Shown here one piece after another: positions 10,216 through 20,597 of a stretch of 64,000 nt of DNA. The notes beneath the pieces are model-generated. The model saw only the letters and a program-made list of their open reading frames with translations, did not search any database and had not been told where the DNA came from. The position numbers and the translations under genes are program-made. This DNA is from Candidatus Saccharimonadota bacterium (lineage in GTDB: Bacteria; Patescibacteriota; Saccharimonadia; Saccharimonadales; JACDBH01), in assembly GCA_028289135.1 (NCBI GenBank), contig JAQGGW010000005.1:70758-134757 (forward strand), given 5' to 3'. Position 1 is the stretch's first letter; every line of letters begins with the position of its first letter.

Positions 10216-12737
10216 AAGTAAGCCTAAATACAGCAGATTGGTTGAGCAACGTTGACCTTACAAAAATCGGTGTAGATACGCTCATCCAAAAAATTGGTGC
10301 CCAGCTGGGCGCAGTCGAAGAAGTAACTCATTGGGGTCCACGCTATGACGGCATTGTAGTCGCTAAGGTTGTTGGCTGCGTGCAGCATCCAAACGCCGAT
10401 AAACTTCGTGTTTGCACAATTGATGACGGCGGCGTTACCCAAAACGTAGCCCGCAATAACGAAGGTTATGTCGAGGTAGTCTGCGGCGCGCCAAATGCCC
10501 GCGAAGGCATCATTGTCGCATGGCTGCCGCCGGGCAGTACCGTCCCAAGTTCAATCGGCAAAGACCCATTTGTTCTTGGTGCGCGTGAACTGCGCGGCGT
10601 AGTGAGCAATGGCATGCTCGGCAGCCCAAAAGAACTTGGCATAGGCGATGACCACAGCGGCATTTTAGAAATTAACCCAGCAGAGGTCCGCAAAGAACTT
10701 ATTGTTCCTGGATCGCCATTTAAGAAGCTTTACAGCCTTGATGACGTAATTATCGACTGCGAAAACAAAATGTTCACGCACCGCCCGGACTGCTTTGGAA
10801 CCCTTGGTGTGGCGCGCGAACTTGCTGGGATTCAGCAGCTTAAATTTAGAAGCCCAGGATGGTACACAGAGGAAGCGCATTTTGAAAACGCTGCCAAAGG
10901 CAATGAATTAAGCTACGGCGTAAAAAATGAACTTATCGAGCTCGTGCCGCGCTATATGCTGGTTGGGATCGCGAATGTCAAAATCGGGCCAAGCCCAATT
11001 TGGTTGCAGGCATATTTAAGCCGTGTTGGTATCCGCCCAATCAACAACATTGTCGACACGACCAACTACATAATGATGATCACCGGACAGCCGCTGCATG
11101 CTTTTGATTTTGACAAAGTTGCCAAAAACGGTGATGCCCAGATAATTATTCGCAGTCCCAAAAAGGACGAAACAATCACACTTTTGGACGGTAAAACCAT
11201 CACCCCGCGCGAAGAAGCAATTATGATCTGTAATGAAGACAAGCCGATTGCGCTTGGAGGTGTGATGGGCGGCGGCAACTCAGAGATCGACGAAAACACT
11301 AAGAATATACTGATTGAGTGCGCTAACTTTAATATGTATAACGTCCGCCGGACCAGCATGGAACACGGCATTTTTACCGAGGCTGTAACACGCTTAAACA
11401 AAGGCCAGTCGCCATGGCAATGCCCAGTGGTTTTGGCAAAAGCGATAGAGATGGTATTGCAAGTCAGCCCTGGTGCAGAAGTTGGCGGCAAGCCGGCCGA
11501 CAGCAAACACATTAAGCACGAACACCAGAGCGTTAAAATCAGCGCCGAATTTGTTAACGAACGGCTTGGATCGAACTTAACGCTTAAAGATATCGAAAAA
11601 TTGCTGGAAAACGTTGAATTTAAGATTACAACCGTTCCTGCCGACAAACACCGCCTGCATGTCATGGCGCCGTTTTGGCGGATGGATATTGAACTGCCAG
11701 AGGATATTGTCGAGGAAATTGGACGATTGCACGGTTACAGCCTGCTGCCAACAAACCTGCCGGCAAGAAGTGCAAAAGCAGCGCCTCACAATGAGCTTTT
11801 AAGCCTTAAAACTGAAATCCGCACAATCTTGGCGGAGGCTGGAGCAAACGAAGTTGTAACTTATAGCTTTGTGCATGGCGCGCTGCTTAAAAAAGTTGGC
11901 CAGCCAGCCGAGGAAGCCTATGCCATCCGCAATGCCTTAAGCCCCGACTTGCAGTATTACCGCTTGAGCCTCACGCCAAGCTTGCTCGACAAAGTAAACA
12001 TGAACCTGCGCGCCGGCTATGACGAATTTGCATTGTTTGAGCTTAACCGTACCCATATCCGATCGCGCGGTCTAACCGATGAAAAAGTTCCAAAAGAGCT
12101 TAATATGCTGAGCCTTGTTTATACCGCCAATGACAAAACCGCGCCTGAAGGAGCTGCTTTTTACCAGGCACGAAAATACCTTGAGTTTTTAACACACAAA
12201 CTTGGCATAACGCCGCGATTAGAATCATTAAGCGAAGAACCAACGGACGCCGTCTATAAACCATTTGACTGGAAGCGATCAGCCAGCGTAACAGATGTGG
12301 CAACTGGGACGTATATTGGTATTATCGGCGAATACCGCTCCGAGGTGCGCGCGGGTTTGAAACTGCCAATTCATAGCGCCGGGTTTGAGCTAAGCCAGGA
12401 CGCCTTTTTGGCCGCGCGTAAGCCGCTTGCATATACAGTGTCTTCACGTTTTCCATCACAGAGCCAGGATTTAACCCTCGAAACTCCAGCCGCTGTGCGC
12501 TTTAACACACTTGTGCACGCGCTTGAGGACGAGCTAAAAACCGCCAACCAAGAACACGGCTACACCATCAAGACTGAAGCCCAAAACATCTACCGCCCAG
12601 ACGAGCTAAAACTGCGCTATACTTTCCGGATTACTATCAGCCACTTTGAGCGCACACTGGTTACCGCTGAGGTAAACGCGCTGCTGGACAATGTTGCTGC
12701 CGGACTTAAGGCAAGGCTCCCAGTCGAACGCATATGA
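10212..12737 (+). CDS. pheT: Phenylalanine--tRNA ligase beta subunit
   Basis: HPNADKL, VCGAPN, RPDC, GQPLHAFD, EEIGRLHG; overlaps pheS by 4 nt. Confidence 0.97.
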   Translation: MKVSLNTADWLSNVDLTKIGVDTLIQKIGAQLGAVEEVTHWGPRYDGIVVAKVVGCVQHPNADKLRVCTIDDGGVTQNVARNNEGYVEVVCGAPNAREGIIVAWLPPGSTVPSSIGKDPFVLGARELRGVVSNGMLGSPKELGIGDDHSGILEINPAEVRKELIVPGSPFKKLYSLDDVIIDCENKMFTHRPDCFGTLGVARELAGIQQLKFRSPGWYTEEAHFENAAKGNELSYGVKNELIELVPRYMLVGIANVKIGPSPIWLQAYLSRVGIRPINNIVDTTNYIMMITGQPLHAFDFDKVAKNGDAQIIIRSPKKDETITLLDGKTITPREEAIMICNEDKPIALGGVMGGGNSEIDENTKNILIECANFNMYNVRRTSMEHGIFTEAVTRLNKGQSPWQCPVVLAKAIEMVLQVSPGAEVGGKPADSKHIKHEHQSVKISAEFVNERLGSNLTLKDIEKLLENVEFKITTVPADKHRLHVMAPFWRMDIELPEDIVEEIGRLHGYSLLPTNLPARSAKAAPHNELLSLKTEIRTILAEAGANEVVTYSFVHGALLKKVGQPAEEAYAIRNALSPDLQYYRLSLTPSLLDKVNMNLRAGYDEFALFELNRTHIRSRGLTDEKVPKELNMLSLVYTANDKTAPEGAAFYQARKYLEFLTHKLGITPRLESLSEEPTDAVYKPFDWKRSASVTDVATGTYIGIIGEYRSEVRAGLKLPIHSAGFELSQDAFLAARKPLAYTVSSRFPSQSQDLTLETPAAVRFNTLVHALEDELKTANQEHGYTIKTEAQNIYRPDELKLRYTFRITISHFERTLVTAEVNALLDNVAAGLKARLPVERI

Positions 12738-14506
12738 AAAAACTACTAATTTTATTAGTATTGCCGTTTTTGCTTTTAGTTGTTAATCCTGCGCGGGCGC
12801 ATGCTCAAGGCGTTCAAGATTTTGTAATTAATGATTTTCACGGTGAGTACACCTTAACTAAAGCTGATAAACAGGGTGAAATGAACATTGCCGAAGAAAT
12901 AGACTTAACTTTTAGCGGCTTTAACCACGGTATTTTGCGGGCTATACCCAAAAGCTATAAAGGCCATCCTCTAAAGCTAAAAGTTGACAGCATAACATCA
13001 AAAACAGGCGCTCCGACCAAATATACTACATACTCCGAAAATGGGAATACGGTTTTGAAGATCGGTGATGCTAACCGGACCATTACTGGACCGCAAGAAT
13101 ACACAATTGCCTACACGCTCCAAAATGTCATAAGCTTTTATAATGACCACGACGAATTATTCTGGGATATAAATGGTGACCAATGGAAACAACCTTTTGA
13201 GCATGTTTCTGCGGTATTTCACCTACCGCCAGACGTTAAGCTTAACACCAGCTTTGGTAGCGGTGGTTTAACTTGTTATGCTGGGGCGCTTGGGACTACA
13301 ACTAAAGACTGTACGATTTCCGACGAAAACGGGCAGTTTAGGGCCAATGCCAATCGTGAGCTAAACAGTGGTGAAACATTAAGTATTGTGGCAGCTTTTC
13401 CAAAAGGGAGCTTTACTAAGTTTACGGTCATGGACTTTTTGGCTGACAACATAGGAATCTTGATCAAGGTCTTATTAATTCCAATCCTAGTGTTTATTTA
13501 TTGTTTTGGACGATGGCGCAAACTTGGGCGTGATGCCAAGGGCGGTGGGACGATTATCCCGCAGTACGGCCCTCCGGATGGACTCAAACCGATTGAAGCC
13601 GGGACACTGATGGACTTTAAAACTGATCAAAAAGATCTGACAGCATGTATTGTTGACCTGGCTATACGCGGGCATATAAGGATTATCGAGGAGAAAAAGG
13701 ACCGTCTGATCGGCAAGGACAAGCTTATATATACTCTCGAGATTCTACCTGTTGAAGAAAATGACCTTGAAGGCGCCGAGGCTAAAATTTTGCATGGTTT
13801 GCAGAGCCTTGGCACTCAAGGCGACTCAGGTGTAATTGTCGTAAAAACCAGCGACTTGACCAACAAATTTTATGTAACCGCCAACAGCGTAAAAGCCGAT
13901 GTGCCGGAGCGCCTTGCTGCTAACGGATATTTTGTTTCAAATCCTCTTAAGGCTGCTGGGCCAATTATGGGTATTGGGGTTATTTGTTTTATTGTCGTGA
14001 CGATGGCGGCACTCTTTAGACTTTGGTCACTTGGCGCAGCGTTTGGTGTTGTTATCGCCTTTATTTTTGGGATTCTAATGCCTGCGCGCACCCAAAAAGG
14101 GGTTGAAGCCCGCGAAGCAATGCTTGGGCTAAAACTGTACCTAGAAACGGCCGAAAAAGACCGGATTAAAATGCTGCAGTCACCAAACGCGCCGTATGCC
14201 GATAATGCTAATGCGCCTGTAAAAACGGTGGAGCTGTTTGAAAAACTTTTGCCATATGCCATGATCTTGGGCGTTGAAAACGAATGGGCAAAACAGTTTG
14301 AGAGCATCTACACTCAGCCCCCAGATTGGTACAGCGGCAACTGGACCAGCTTTAATACCGGGTATTTGATCGGAAGTCTGAACAGTTCAATGTCAAGCGT
14401 AGGCGCTTCGGCTTTTTCATCTCCAAGCTCTAGTTCGGGTTCTGGATTTGGGAGTGGCGGCGGAGGCGGTGGCGGAGGTGGTGGTGGAGGCGGAGGTGGC
14501 TGGTGA
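12734..14506 (+). CDS. DUF2207 family membrane protein
   Basis: Signal peptide, DELFWD, FEKLLPYA..LGV..W, Ser/Gly-rich tail ending GGGGW. Confidence 0.9.
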   Translation: MKKLLILLVLPFLLLVVNPARAHAQGVQDFVINDFHGEYTLTKADKQGEMNIAEEIDLTFSGFNHGILRAIPKSYKGHPLKLKVDSITSKTGAPTKYTTYSENGNTVLKIGDANRTITGPQEYTIAYTLQNVISFYNDHDELFWDINGDQWKQPFEHVSAVFHLPPDVKLNTSFGSGGLTCYAGALGTTTKDCTISDENGQFRANANRELNSGETLSIVAAFPKGSFTKFTVMDFLADNIGILIKVLLIPILVFIYCFGRWRKLGRDAKGGGTIIPQYGPPDGLKPIEAGTLMDFKTDQKDLTACIVDLAIRGHIRIIEEKKDRLIGKDKLIYTLEILPVEENDLEGAEAKILHGLQSLGTQGDSGVIVVKTSDLTNKFYVTANSVKADVPERLAANGYFVSNPLKAAGPIMGIGVICFIVVTMAALFRLWSLGAAFGVVIAFIFGILMPARTQKGVEAREAMLGLKLYLETAEKDRIKMLQSPNAPYADNANAPVKTVELFEKLLPYAMILGVENEWAKQFESIYTQPPDWYSGNWTSFNTGYLIGSLNSSMSSVGASAFSSPSSSSGSGFGSGGGGGGGGGGGGGGGW

Positions 14507-14743
14507 CCTTGGGCACCTGCGCCAGCTAACTAGAAACCGGGCAAAGCCCGGATTTGCCTGTTAGCTTCTTGGCCATTTTCGCCAAAAATCCTTGCGGTAC
14601 GAAATCATTGTTTTTTCGCGGTGCTGCGGGCTGAGCCCGCTGGCACGCGAAAAAAAGACTATGTCGCTTCACCGTACCTTTGTACGGCTTGCTTGCGTTT
14701 CGCAGATCTTTGACGAAACCGGCTCAAGCGCAGGCACCCAAGG
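14507..14743 (-). repeat. Structured palindromic element, family 1 copy A
   Basis: Outer IR 14507-22/14728-43 (14/16), side hairpin ccgggc-aaa-gcccgg, extra hairpin ttttttcgcg..cgcgaaaaaa, core cttcaccgtacctttgtacggct at 14667. Confidence 0.85.
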
Positions 14744-14797
14744 CCCTACACTAAAACGGTCGTTAAAGAAGACGACTTTACGCTATACTTATAGATA

Positions 14798-16573
14798 ATG
14801 AAGCACATCTGGCGGATGATCACTTTTACGAAGGAGCTTTGGCGGTATTACGCCGGTATTAGCGTGCTGACGGTTCTGGCCAGCCTCACGACGGTTGTGG
14901 TACCGCTTTTGAGCGGGTGGGCTATTGAGGAGATCCGCAAAGGCGCTGCGGCAAGCATTAAGCACGTTATTATTTTGGCGCTGCTGCTGTTTATTATGGA
15001 TGTGCTCGGCAACATCCTAAACAACATCAATGGCTACTACGGCGACCAGCTTTCGGCCAAACTTAACAAGCTTTTGGCAGTCCGCTATTTTGAGCATCTT
15101 TTGGACCTGCCGCAAAAATTCTTTGACACCGAGCTTACCGGCAAGCTAACAAACCGGCTAAACCGTTCGGTCATGCAGATTAGTAACTTCGTCCAGGCCA
15201 TGACAAATAACTTCATGCAGTTTATTTTTAGTACCATCTTTGCTCTTGTTATCGTGGCGTTTTATAGCTGGCCGGTTGCACTCATGCTGCTGTCGCTTTA
15301 TCCGCTTTATATCTGGCTGACGATCAAAAGCAGCGACACCTGGCAGTCATATCAAAAGGATAAAAACGAACAATACGACATTGCCAATGGCCGTTTTACC
15401 GAGTCGATTGCCCAGGTCAAGGTCATCAAAAGCTTTATCCAGGAAAAGCACGAACTAGGCTTCTTTACCCGCCACACCGACAAGGCTGTGCAGATCAATG
15501 TGCCGCAGAGCAAATATTGGCACAAACGCGATGTTCGCCGCCGGCTGCTGTTAAACGTTATATTCTTGGCAGTCTATTCATACATTTTTGTTACGGCCGT
15601 GCACGGTTCGATCAGCCCAGGTGTTGCTGTGGCGCTAATCTTGTACGCCCAGCAAATCCGCATCCCGATTTTTACGATCAGCTTTTTGGTCGACAGCACC
15701 CAGCGCGCCATGGCAGACAGCAAAGACTACTTTGACATTATGTCGATCGAACCCGAAATTGCCGACCATGATGGCTCGGAGCCTATTAAACTGGCAGGAA
15801 CTGAGATTGTATTTAAAGATGTATCATTTGGCTACGACGATAAGCACATGGTATTAAACGGGTTGGACTTTACGGTCAGTCAAGGTACCAAAGTGGCGCT
15901 GGTTGGTGAAAGCGGCGAAGGCAAGACGACCATTACAAACCTTTTGATGCGGCTTTACGAACCGCAGCAGGGGACCATTACAATTGGCGGCACCGACATA
16001 AATACAGTCACCCAAAAATCTTTGCGCCAACAGATTGGCGTAGTGTTCCAAGACCCGGCTTTATTTAGCGGCACAATCCGTGAAAACATAGCCTACTCCA
16101 ACCAAAGCGCCAGCGAAGCGGAGGTTATTGCCGCCGCTAAAGCTGCCAACGCCCACGAGTTTATTTCGGAATTTGAAAAAAGCTACGACACCCAGATCGG
16201 CGAACGCGGCCTAAAACTTTCCGGCGGCCAAAAACAGCGGATTGCCATTGCCCGGGCACTGCTCAAAGACGCTCCAATCCTGATCTTGGACGAAGCAACC
16301 AGCAGCCTGGACAGCAGGAGCGAAGTCATGGTCCAGGAAGCTTTGGAGCGCCTAATGCACGGCCGGACAACGATTATTATCGCCCACCGCCTCAGCACAA
16401 TCCAAAGCGTTGATCAGATTATTACTATAAGCCAGGGCAGAGTAGATGAGGTCGGCAGCCCACATGAGCTTGCCAAAACCAAAGGCATCTACGCCCAGCT
16501 GCTTAGCCTGCAAAACCGCGAACCAACAGAAAAAACCCGCGAGCAGCTCAAAGAGTTTGAAATCGCCGGCTGA
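14798..16573 (+). CDS. ABC transporter, fused permease/ATPase (MsbA/MdlB-like)
   Basis: TM domain; GESGEGKT, LSGGQKQR, ILDEATS. Confidence 0.95.
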   Translation: MKHIWRMITFTKELWRYYAGISVLTVLASLTTVVVPLLSGWAIEEIRKGAAASIKHVIILALLLFIMDVLGNILNNINGYYGDQLSAKLNKLLAVRYFEHLLDLPQKFFDTELTGKLTNRLNRSVMQISNFVQAMTNNFMQFIFSTIFALVIVAFYSWPVALMLLSLYPLYIWLTIKSSDTWQSYQKDKNEQYDIANGRFTESIAQVKVIKSFIQEKHELGFFTRHTDKAVQINVPQSKYWHKRDVRRRLLLNVIFLAVYSYIFVTAVHGSISPGVAVALILYAQQIRIPIFTISFLVDSTQRAMADSKDYFDIMSIEPEIADHDGSEPIKLAGTEIVFKDVSFGYDDKHMVLNGLDFTVSQGTKVALVGESGEGKTTITNLLMRLYEPQQGTITIGGTDINTVTQKSLRQQIGVVFQDPALFSGTIRENIAYSNQSASEAEVIAAAKAANAHEFISEFEKSYDTQIGERGLKLSGGQKQRIAIARALLKDAPILILDEATSSLDSRSEVMVQEALERLMHGRTTIIIAHRLSTIQSVDQIITISQGRVDEVGSPHELAKTKGIYAQLLSLQNREPTEKTREQLKEFEIAG

Positions 16574-16676
16574 TTACTCCGGTTTAATACTCAAAGAAAA
16601 TATAGTTGTCTATTTAACAAAACAAACCGCGCCATTGCCTGGTATACTGGTTAAGATTAACTGGAGGAGTTTTTAA

Positions 16677-17282
16677 GTGGCAGATAAAGTAGGTAAAAAA
16701 GAATACGCGACTAGATTTGGAATGGGCGTTTTGGCGGCATTGTTTTTAGTAACATCCGTTGGATTTAGTTTGTTGGTTATCTGGCAAGTTAAGCAGCAGC
16801 ACAAAAACGAGGCAGTCCAAAAAGCGGCAACTGACGCTATCGCCAAGCAATCAACCACCCAAACCACCCCGCCAACAACAACTAACCCAACAGGAGCAAT
16901 AAAAATGGAAGGTACACAATTAGCAAACTTTACACCGGTAGCGAGCATTCCGGAGTTACAAAAAATTGATACAGTCATCGGCACAGGCACAGAGGTAAAA
17001 GCAGGGGACACAGTAACGGCGCACTACACCGGCGCGGTCGCGGCAACCGGAATTATTTTCCAAAGTTCACACGACGGCCAAAACAAGCCAATACCATTTG
17101 GCCTTAACCAGGTTATTAAGGGCTGGACCGACGGAGTACCCGGCATGAAAGTTGGCGGCACACGCCGTTTGCTTATCCCAGCTGCGCAGGCTTATGGCGC
17201 GACTCCACCGAGCGGATCTGGAATCCCAGCAAACGCCGACTTAGTATTCGACATAGAACTTACTGCTGTTAGCAGTAAGTAG
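16677..17282 (+). CDS. FKBP-type peptidyl-prolyl isomerase, membrane anchored
   Basis: VTAHYTG, VIKGWTDG..GMKVGGTRRL.IP..AYG, IP.NADLVFDIEL; GTG start after GGAGG. Confidence 0.95.
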   Translation: MADKVGKKEYATRFGMGVLAALFLVTSVGFSLLVIWQVKQQHKNEAVQKAATDAIAKQSTTQTTPPTTTNPTGAIKMEGTQLANFTPVASIPELQKIDTVIGTGTEVKAGDTVTAHYTGAVAATGIIFQSSHDGQNKPIPFGLNQVIKGWTDGVPGMKVGGTRRLLIPAAQAYGATPPSGSGIPANADLVFDIELTAVSSK

Positions 17283-17287
17283 GCTAC

Positions 17288-17412
17288 GGCGACTTCCGCA
17301 TGGTGCACATTTTGAACGAAAACCTGCGCTAAAGATCTCACCGTACCAACCCGTACGCCTCGACCTTTATGCTCGGTTTTCGTCCAAACTGCACTACCAT
17401 GCGAAACTCGTT
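17288..17412 (-). repeat. Structured palindromic element, family 1 copy B
   Basis: Rod: cgcatggt/accatgcg, gaacgaaaacc/ggttttcgtcc, taaag/cttta, closing on core tcaccgtaccaacccgtacgcctcg (17338-62). Confidence 0.82.
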
Positions 17413-17479
17413 AACAAATTGTTGCGCCGTAGAGTATTGTATGCTTAACTTGTTAAGTATTAATCAGGAAACTCTTTTC

Positions 17480-20347
17480 ATGGCAAAACAGAACAGATCA
17501 AAACTTTCATTATTCCAGCGCTTTGGCCTGTTCTTTTACGACCGTGCCAAAACTACTGCGAGTCTTTGGATGGTCGTCGTTTTATTCGGTTTTTTGAGCT
17601 ATTCAGTTTTTATGCAGCGGCAGGGTTTCCCGAACATTGCAGTGCCGATTAGTGTTACCAGCGGCACTTATTTTGTTAACAGCAAAGAAAAAGTTGACGC
17701 CGATCTTGTAAAGCCGATGTCCGAGCTCATCATGAAACGTTCGGATGTTAAAAGTGTAACTTCCAACTCAGCCGGCAACTTCTTTAGCGTAGTTACCCAG
17801 TACAAAGACGGCACTGATGCCAAAAAGGCGCAAACCGAGGTCGAGGTAGCTGCCAAAGCCGCTGGTTTTGTGCCTAGCAAAGCAAACGTAGACTACAAAG
17901 TTATTAACGTTTCAAAATACGCCAATGAATATGATGTGCTGCTTTCGGTGCGCCGAAGCGCGAACACTTCAACCCAGGATCTAATTGATACTGCGACGCG
18001 CGTGTCTAAAGAGCTGAATGGTGCCAAGGGCGTGGCCAGCTCAACGGTTGTCAGCCCGTTTAAAACCGGCATTAATCCTGCGACAGGGCAGAATGTAACC
18101 CTCCAGCAAAACTTTGACCGCATTGGCAGCCGCGAAAACGGCAAAACTGTCTTTTATCCGGCCGTAGAGATCGGAATCAAATCTGTCAGCGGTACCGATG
18201 TAATCCACCTCGAACGTGCTTTAAACGAAAAACTAGCCGTAATTAATAGCGAACCAAGCTACAACGGCGCGCATATTGCCGTCAGCGCCGGTGTAGCCGA
18301 AAGCATCGAGACGCAGATTTCTAATTTGCAGACAAACCTCATCGAAGGGTTAGTTGTCGTTATAATCATCAGTCTTTTGCTTATCAGTTGGCGTGCCGGC
18401 ATCGCGACGGCGCTCAGCATGGCGAGCGTCTTGCTTATTACCGTCGGCGTACTTTTTGCGGTTGGCATTACGCTCAACACAATCACGCTGTTTGCGCTGG
18501 TGCTATGCCTTGGATTGATTGTCGACGACACTACCATCATGGCGGAGGCGATTGATGCCGGAAAACAGTCGGGGCTCACCAATCGTGAGATTGTGGCCGG
18601 CGCTATGAAAAAGGTAGCCCGCGCCAGCACGGCAGGCACACTAGTTACCATGCTGGCATTCGCGCCGATGTTGTTTATTGGTGGCATTCTTGGCAGCTTT
18701 ATCCGTGTGTTGCCAATCACCATCATCGTTTCTTTGGCAGTTTCATTGCTTGTTTCGCTTACTCTCATTCCGTTCATGAGCCGATTTTTGCTGCTTAATA
18801 AAAGTAGTAAAAAAGTAGCTAAGACTCGCAACCCGGTTTTGCGTCTCGAAAACGGTATCTCGACGCGCCTTGCTAACCTTATCCGCGTCGGAAACCATAG
18901 CCGTAGAAAAGCTGCCAGCATCGGCATTGTCGCGCTGCTAATAAGTTTCTTATTCCTCATGGGCAGCGGCGTATTTTTCCAAAAGCTTAAATTCGACATT
19001 TTCCCGTCAACTAAGGACACCGATAACTTGTCTGTTGTACTTACGTTTCCGGCCAACTCCACGGTAGCTGCAAACGAAAAAATTACCGACGACGCAGACG
19101 AGATTTTGGGCAAAACACTTGGTGACAATATGCGTGACATTGCCTACATAAACTCAGGCGATGCGCACACAGCAATGGGTACAATCCGCCTGGTTAGTTT
19201 TAAAAAGCGCGAGATTAAGGCACCCGAACTTGTTAAAAACCTCACGACTGCCTTTGCTGGCTTTAAAGAGGCTCACGTTAAGTTTGCCTCGCTCGACACC
19301 GGCCCGCCAAAAGATGACCTTCCTTTCCGGGTCCAAATTTATGGCGAAGACACGGCCAAGACCGATAAGTTAGCAAAAGCGATCGCGGGCTATCTGCAGG
19401 ACCAGACTGTTACGCGCACCTCCAACAAGACAACCGCCAAAGTTATACGTGTGCAGGTAGTTGGCGACGCGGATACAGTTACCCGAACAGACGCCAAGCG
19501 GATGGTTGAAGTCCAGGCCGGCTTTGACGCCGACGATGTTTCGGCGCTTGTTACTGCTGCCCAAAAAACCATCCAGGACAAATTTACCGATGCTAAAATT
19601 GCCAGTTATGGCGTTAATCCAAAAGATGTTGCTTTCGACTTTGGCGAAGAATCCAACAACCAAGATTCTTTCAAGAGCATGCTGCTGGCATTCCCAGTGC
19701 TCTTGATCCTAATGTATATTTTGCTGGCGCTGTTGTTTAAATCCATGCTGCAGCCGCTGCTGATCTTTACCGCCATTCCGTTTAGCTTCTTTGGCGTTGC
19801 TGCTGGCCTGCACGCCACCAACAATCCGCTGAGCTTTTTTGTGATGATCGGTTTCTTTGCCCTAATTGGAATTGCTGTAAACAACACCATCTTGTTGACG
19901 GACTTTGCCAACCAGGCACGCCGTGAGGGGCATGGCGGCTTTGAATCGATGGCGCTGGCCGTGAAGGCCCGTTTCCGCCCGCTGATCGCTACTAGCCTCA
20001 CAAGTGTCCTGGCGCTGATTCCGTTGGCGCTTAGTGATCCATTTTGGGAAGGCCTGGCTTTTACGCTGATCTTTGGACTGCTTTCTAGTACTTTTTTGGT
20101 TATCGTCGCGTTTCCATACTTCTATCTTGGCGCCGAGTTTTTACGTGCGCGTTACAGCCGCCGCCTGACGATTGCTTGGCTGATTGCGCTCGGTGTTGCA
20201 ACTTATTTTGCCACCATCTTAAATCACGATAGCAATAACCAGTTTAAATATGTACCATTTGTTTTTCTTGGGGCATTTGTAGTTATGTTCACTGCTTATC
20301 TCAAGGGTAAATTCGCCAAGCGCCTGACCCGCGGTAAAACAGTCTAG
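17480..20347 (+). CDS. RND-family (AcrB/SwrC-like) efflux transporter permease
   Basis: 12-TM layout, GLIVDD, GIAVNNTILL, RFRPLIATS; start at MAKQ (17480). Confidence 0.9.
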   Translation: MAKQNRSKLSLFQRFGLFFYDRAKTTASLWMVVVLFGFLSYSVFMQRQGFPNIAVPISVTSGTYFVNSKEKVDADLVKPMSELIMKRSDVKSVTSNSAGNFFSVVTQYKDGTDAKKAQTEVEVAAKAAGFVPSKANVDYKVINVSKYANEYDVLLSVRRSANTSTQDLIDTATRVSKELNGAKGVASSTVVSPFKTGINPATGQNVTLQQNFDRIGSRENGKTVFYPAVEIGIKSVSGTDVIHLERALNEKLAVINSEPSYNGAHIAVSAGVAESIETQISNLQTNLIEGLVVVIIISLLLISWRAGIATALSMASVLLITVGVLFAVGITLNTITLFALVLCLGLIVDDTTIMAEAIDAGKQSGLTNREIVAGAMKKVARASTAGTLVTMLAFAPMLFIGGILGSFIRVLPITIIVSLAVSLLVSLTLIPFMSRFLLLNKSSKKVAKTRNPVLRLENGISTRLANLIRVGNHSRRKAASIGIVALLISFLFLMGSGVFFQKLKFDIFPSTKDTDNLSVVLTFPANSTVAANEKITDDADEILGKTLGDNMRDIAYINSGDAHTAMGTIRLVSFKKREIKAPELVKNLTTAFAGFKEAHVKFASLDTGPPKDDLPFRVQIYGEDTAKTDKLAKAIAGYLQDQTVTRTSNKTTAKVIRVQVVGDADTVTRTDAKRMVEVQAGFDADDVSALVTAAQKTIQDKFTDAKIASYGVNPKDVAFDFGEESNNQDSFKSMLLAFPVLLILMYILLALLFKSMLQPLLIFTAIPFSFFGVAAGLHATNNPLSFFVMIGFFALIGIAVNNTILLTDFANQARREGHGGFESMALAVKARFRPLIATSLTSVLALIPLALSDPFWEGLAFTLIFGLLSSTFLVIVAFPYFYLGAEFLRARYSRRLTIAWLIALGVATYFATILNHDSNNQFKYVPFVFLGAFVVMFTAYLKGKFAKRLTRGKTV

Positions 20348-20512
20348 CATTAACACTTTTGGCCTAAACATCAATATTTAAACTGACCATAAAAAGTACT
20401 ATACTGAGCTTCCGAATCGAGTGAGGGTAAATATTCGAAAGGGCTGTGTACTATTTACCTCTGTTAATAATGCATAAAAGGCATAAAAACAGATAAGAAC
20501 GAATGGTACAAA

Positions 20513-20561
20513 ACACAACATATAGCGTATTGACGTTAAACGTAAGCGCTATATAATGGGT
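20513..20561 (+). promoter_or_regulatory. Tandem NrdR-box-like sites flanking a sigma70 promoter upstream of the NrdH-like redoxin
   Basis: acacaacatatagcgt (20513-28) and gcgctatataatgggt (20546-61) versus consensus acaCwAtATaTwGtgt; TTGACG(20530-35)-16 bp-TATAAT(20552-57). Confidence 0.65.
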
Positions 20562-20597
20562 GTATTAGCATTAAAAATTAATAAAAAAGGCACTATT

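Noticed and set aside
14452-14503. GGN tandem repeat
   Set aside because: Encodes the poly-Gly tail typical of DUF2207 proteins
14592-14798. 68-aa ORF, and similar short ORFs at 53611-53895 and 60107-60295
   Set aside because: They lie within the palindromic elements, have no RBS or recognisable protein features, and are probably incidental
17369-17479. N-terminal extension of the RND ORF
   Set aside because: Starts inside element B; ATG 17480 has AGGA upstream and gives a normal N-terminus
18259-19140. Long antisense ORFs (293 aa here; also 41198-42082, 11066-11665, 36549-37085)
   Set aside because: Shadow frames opposite well-supported conserved genes
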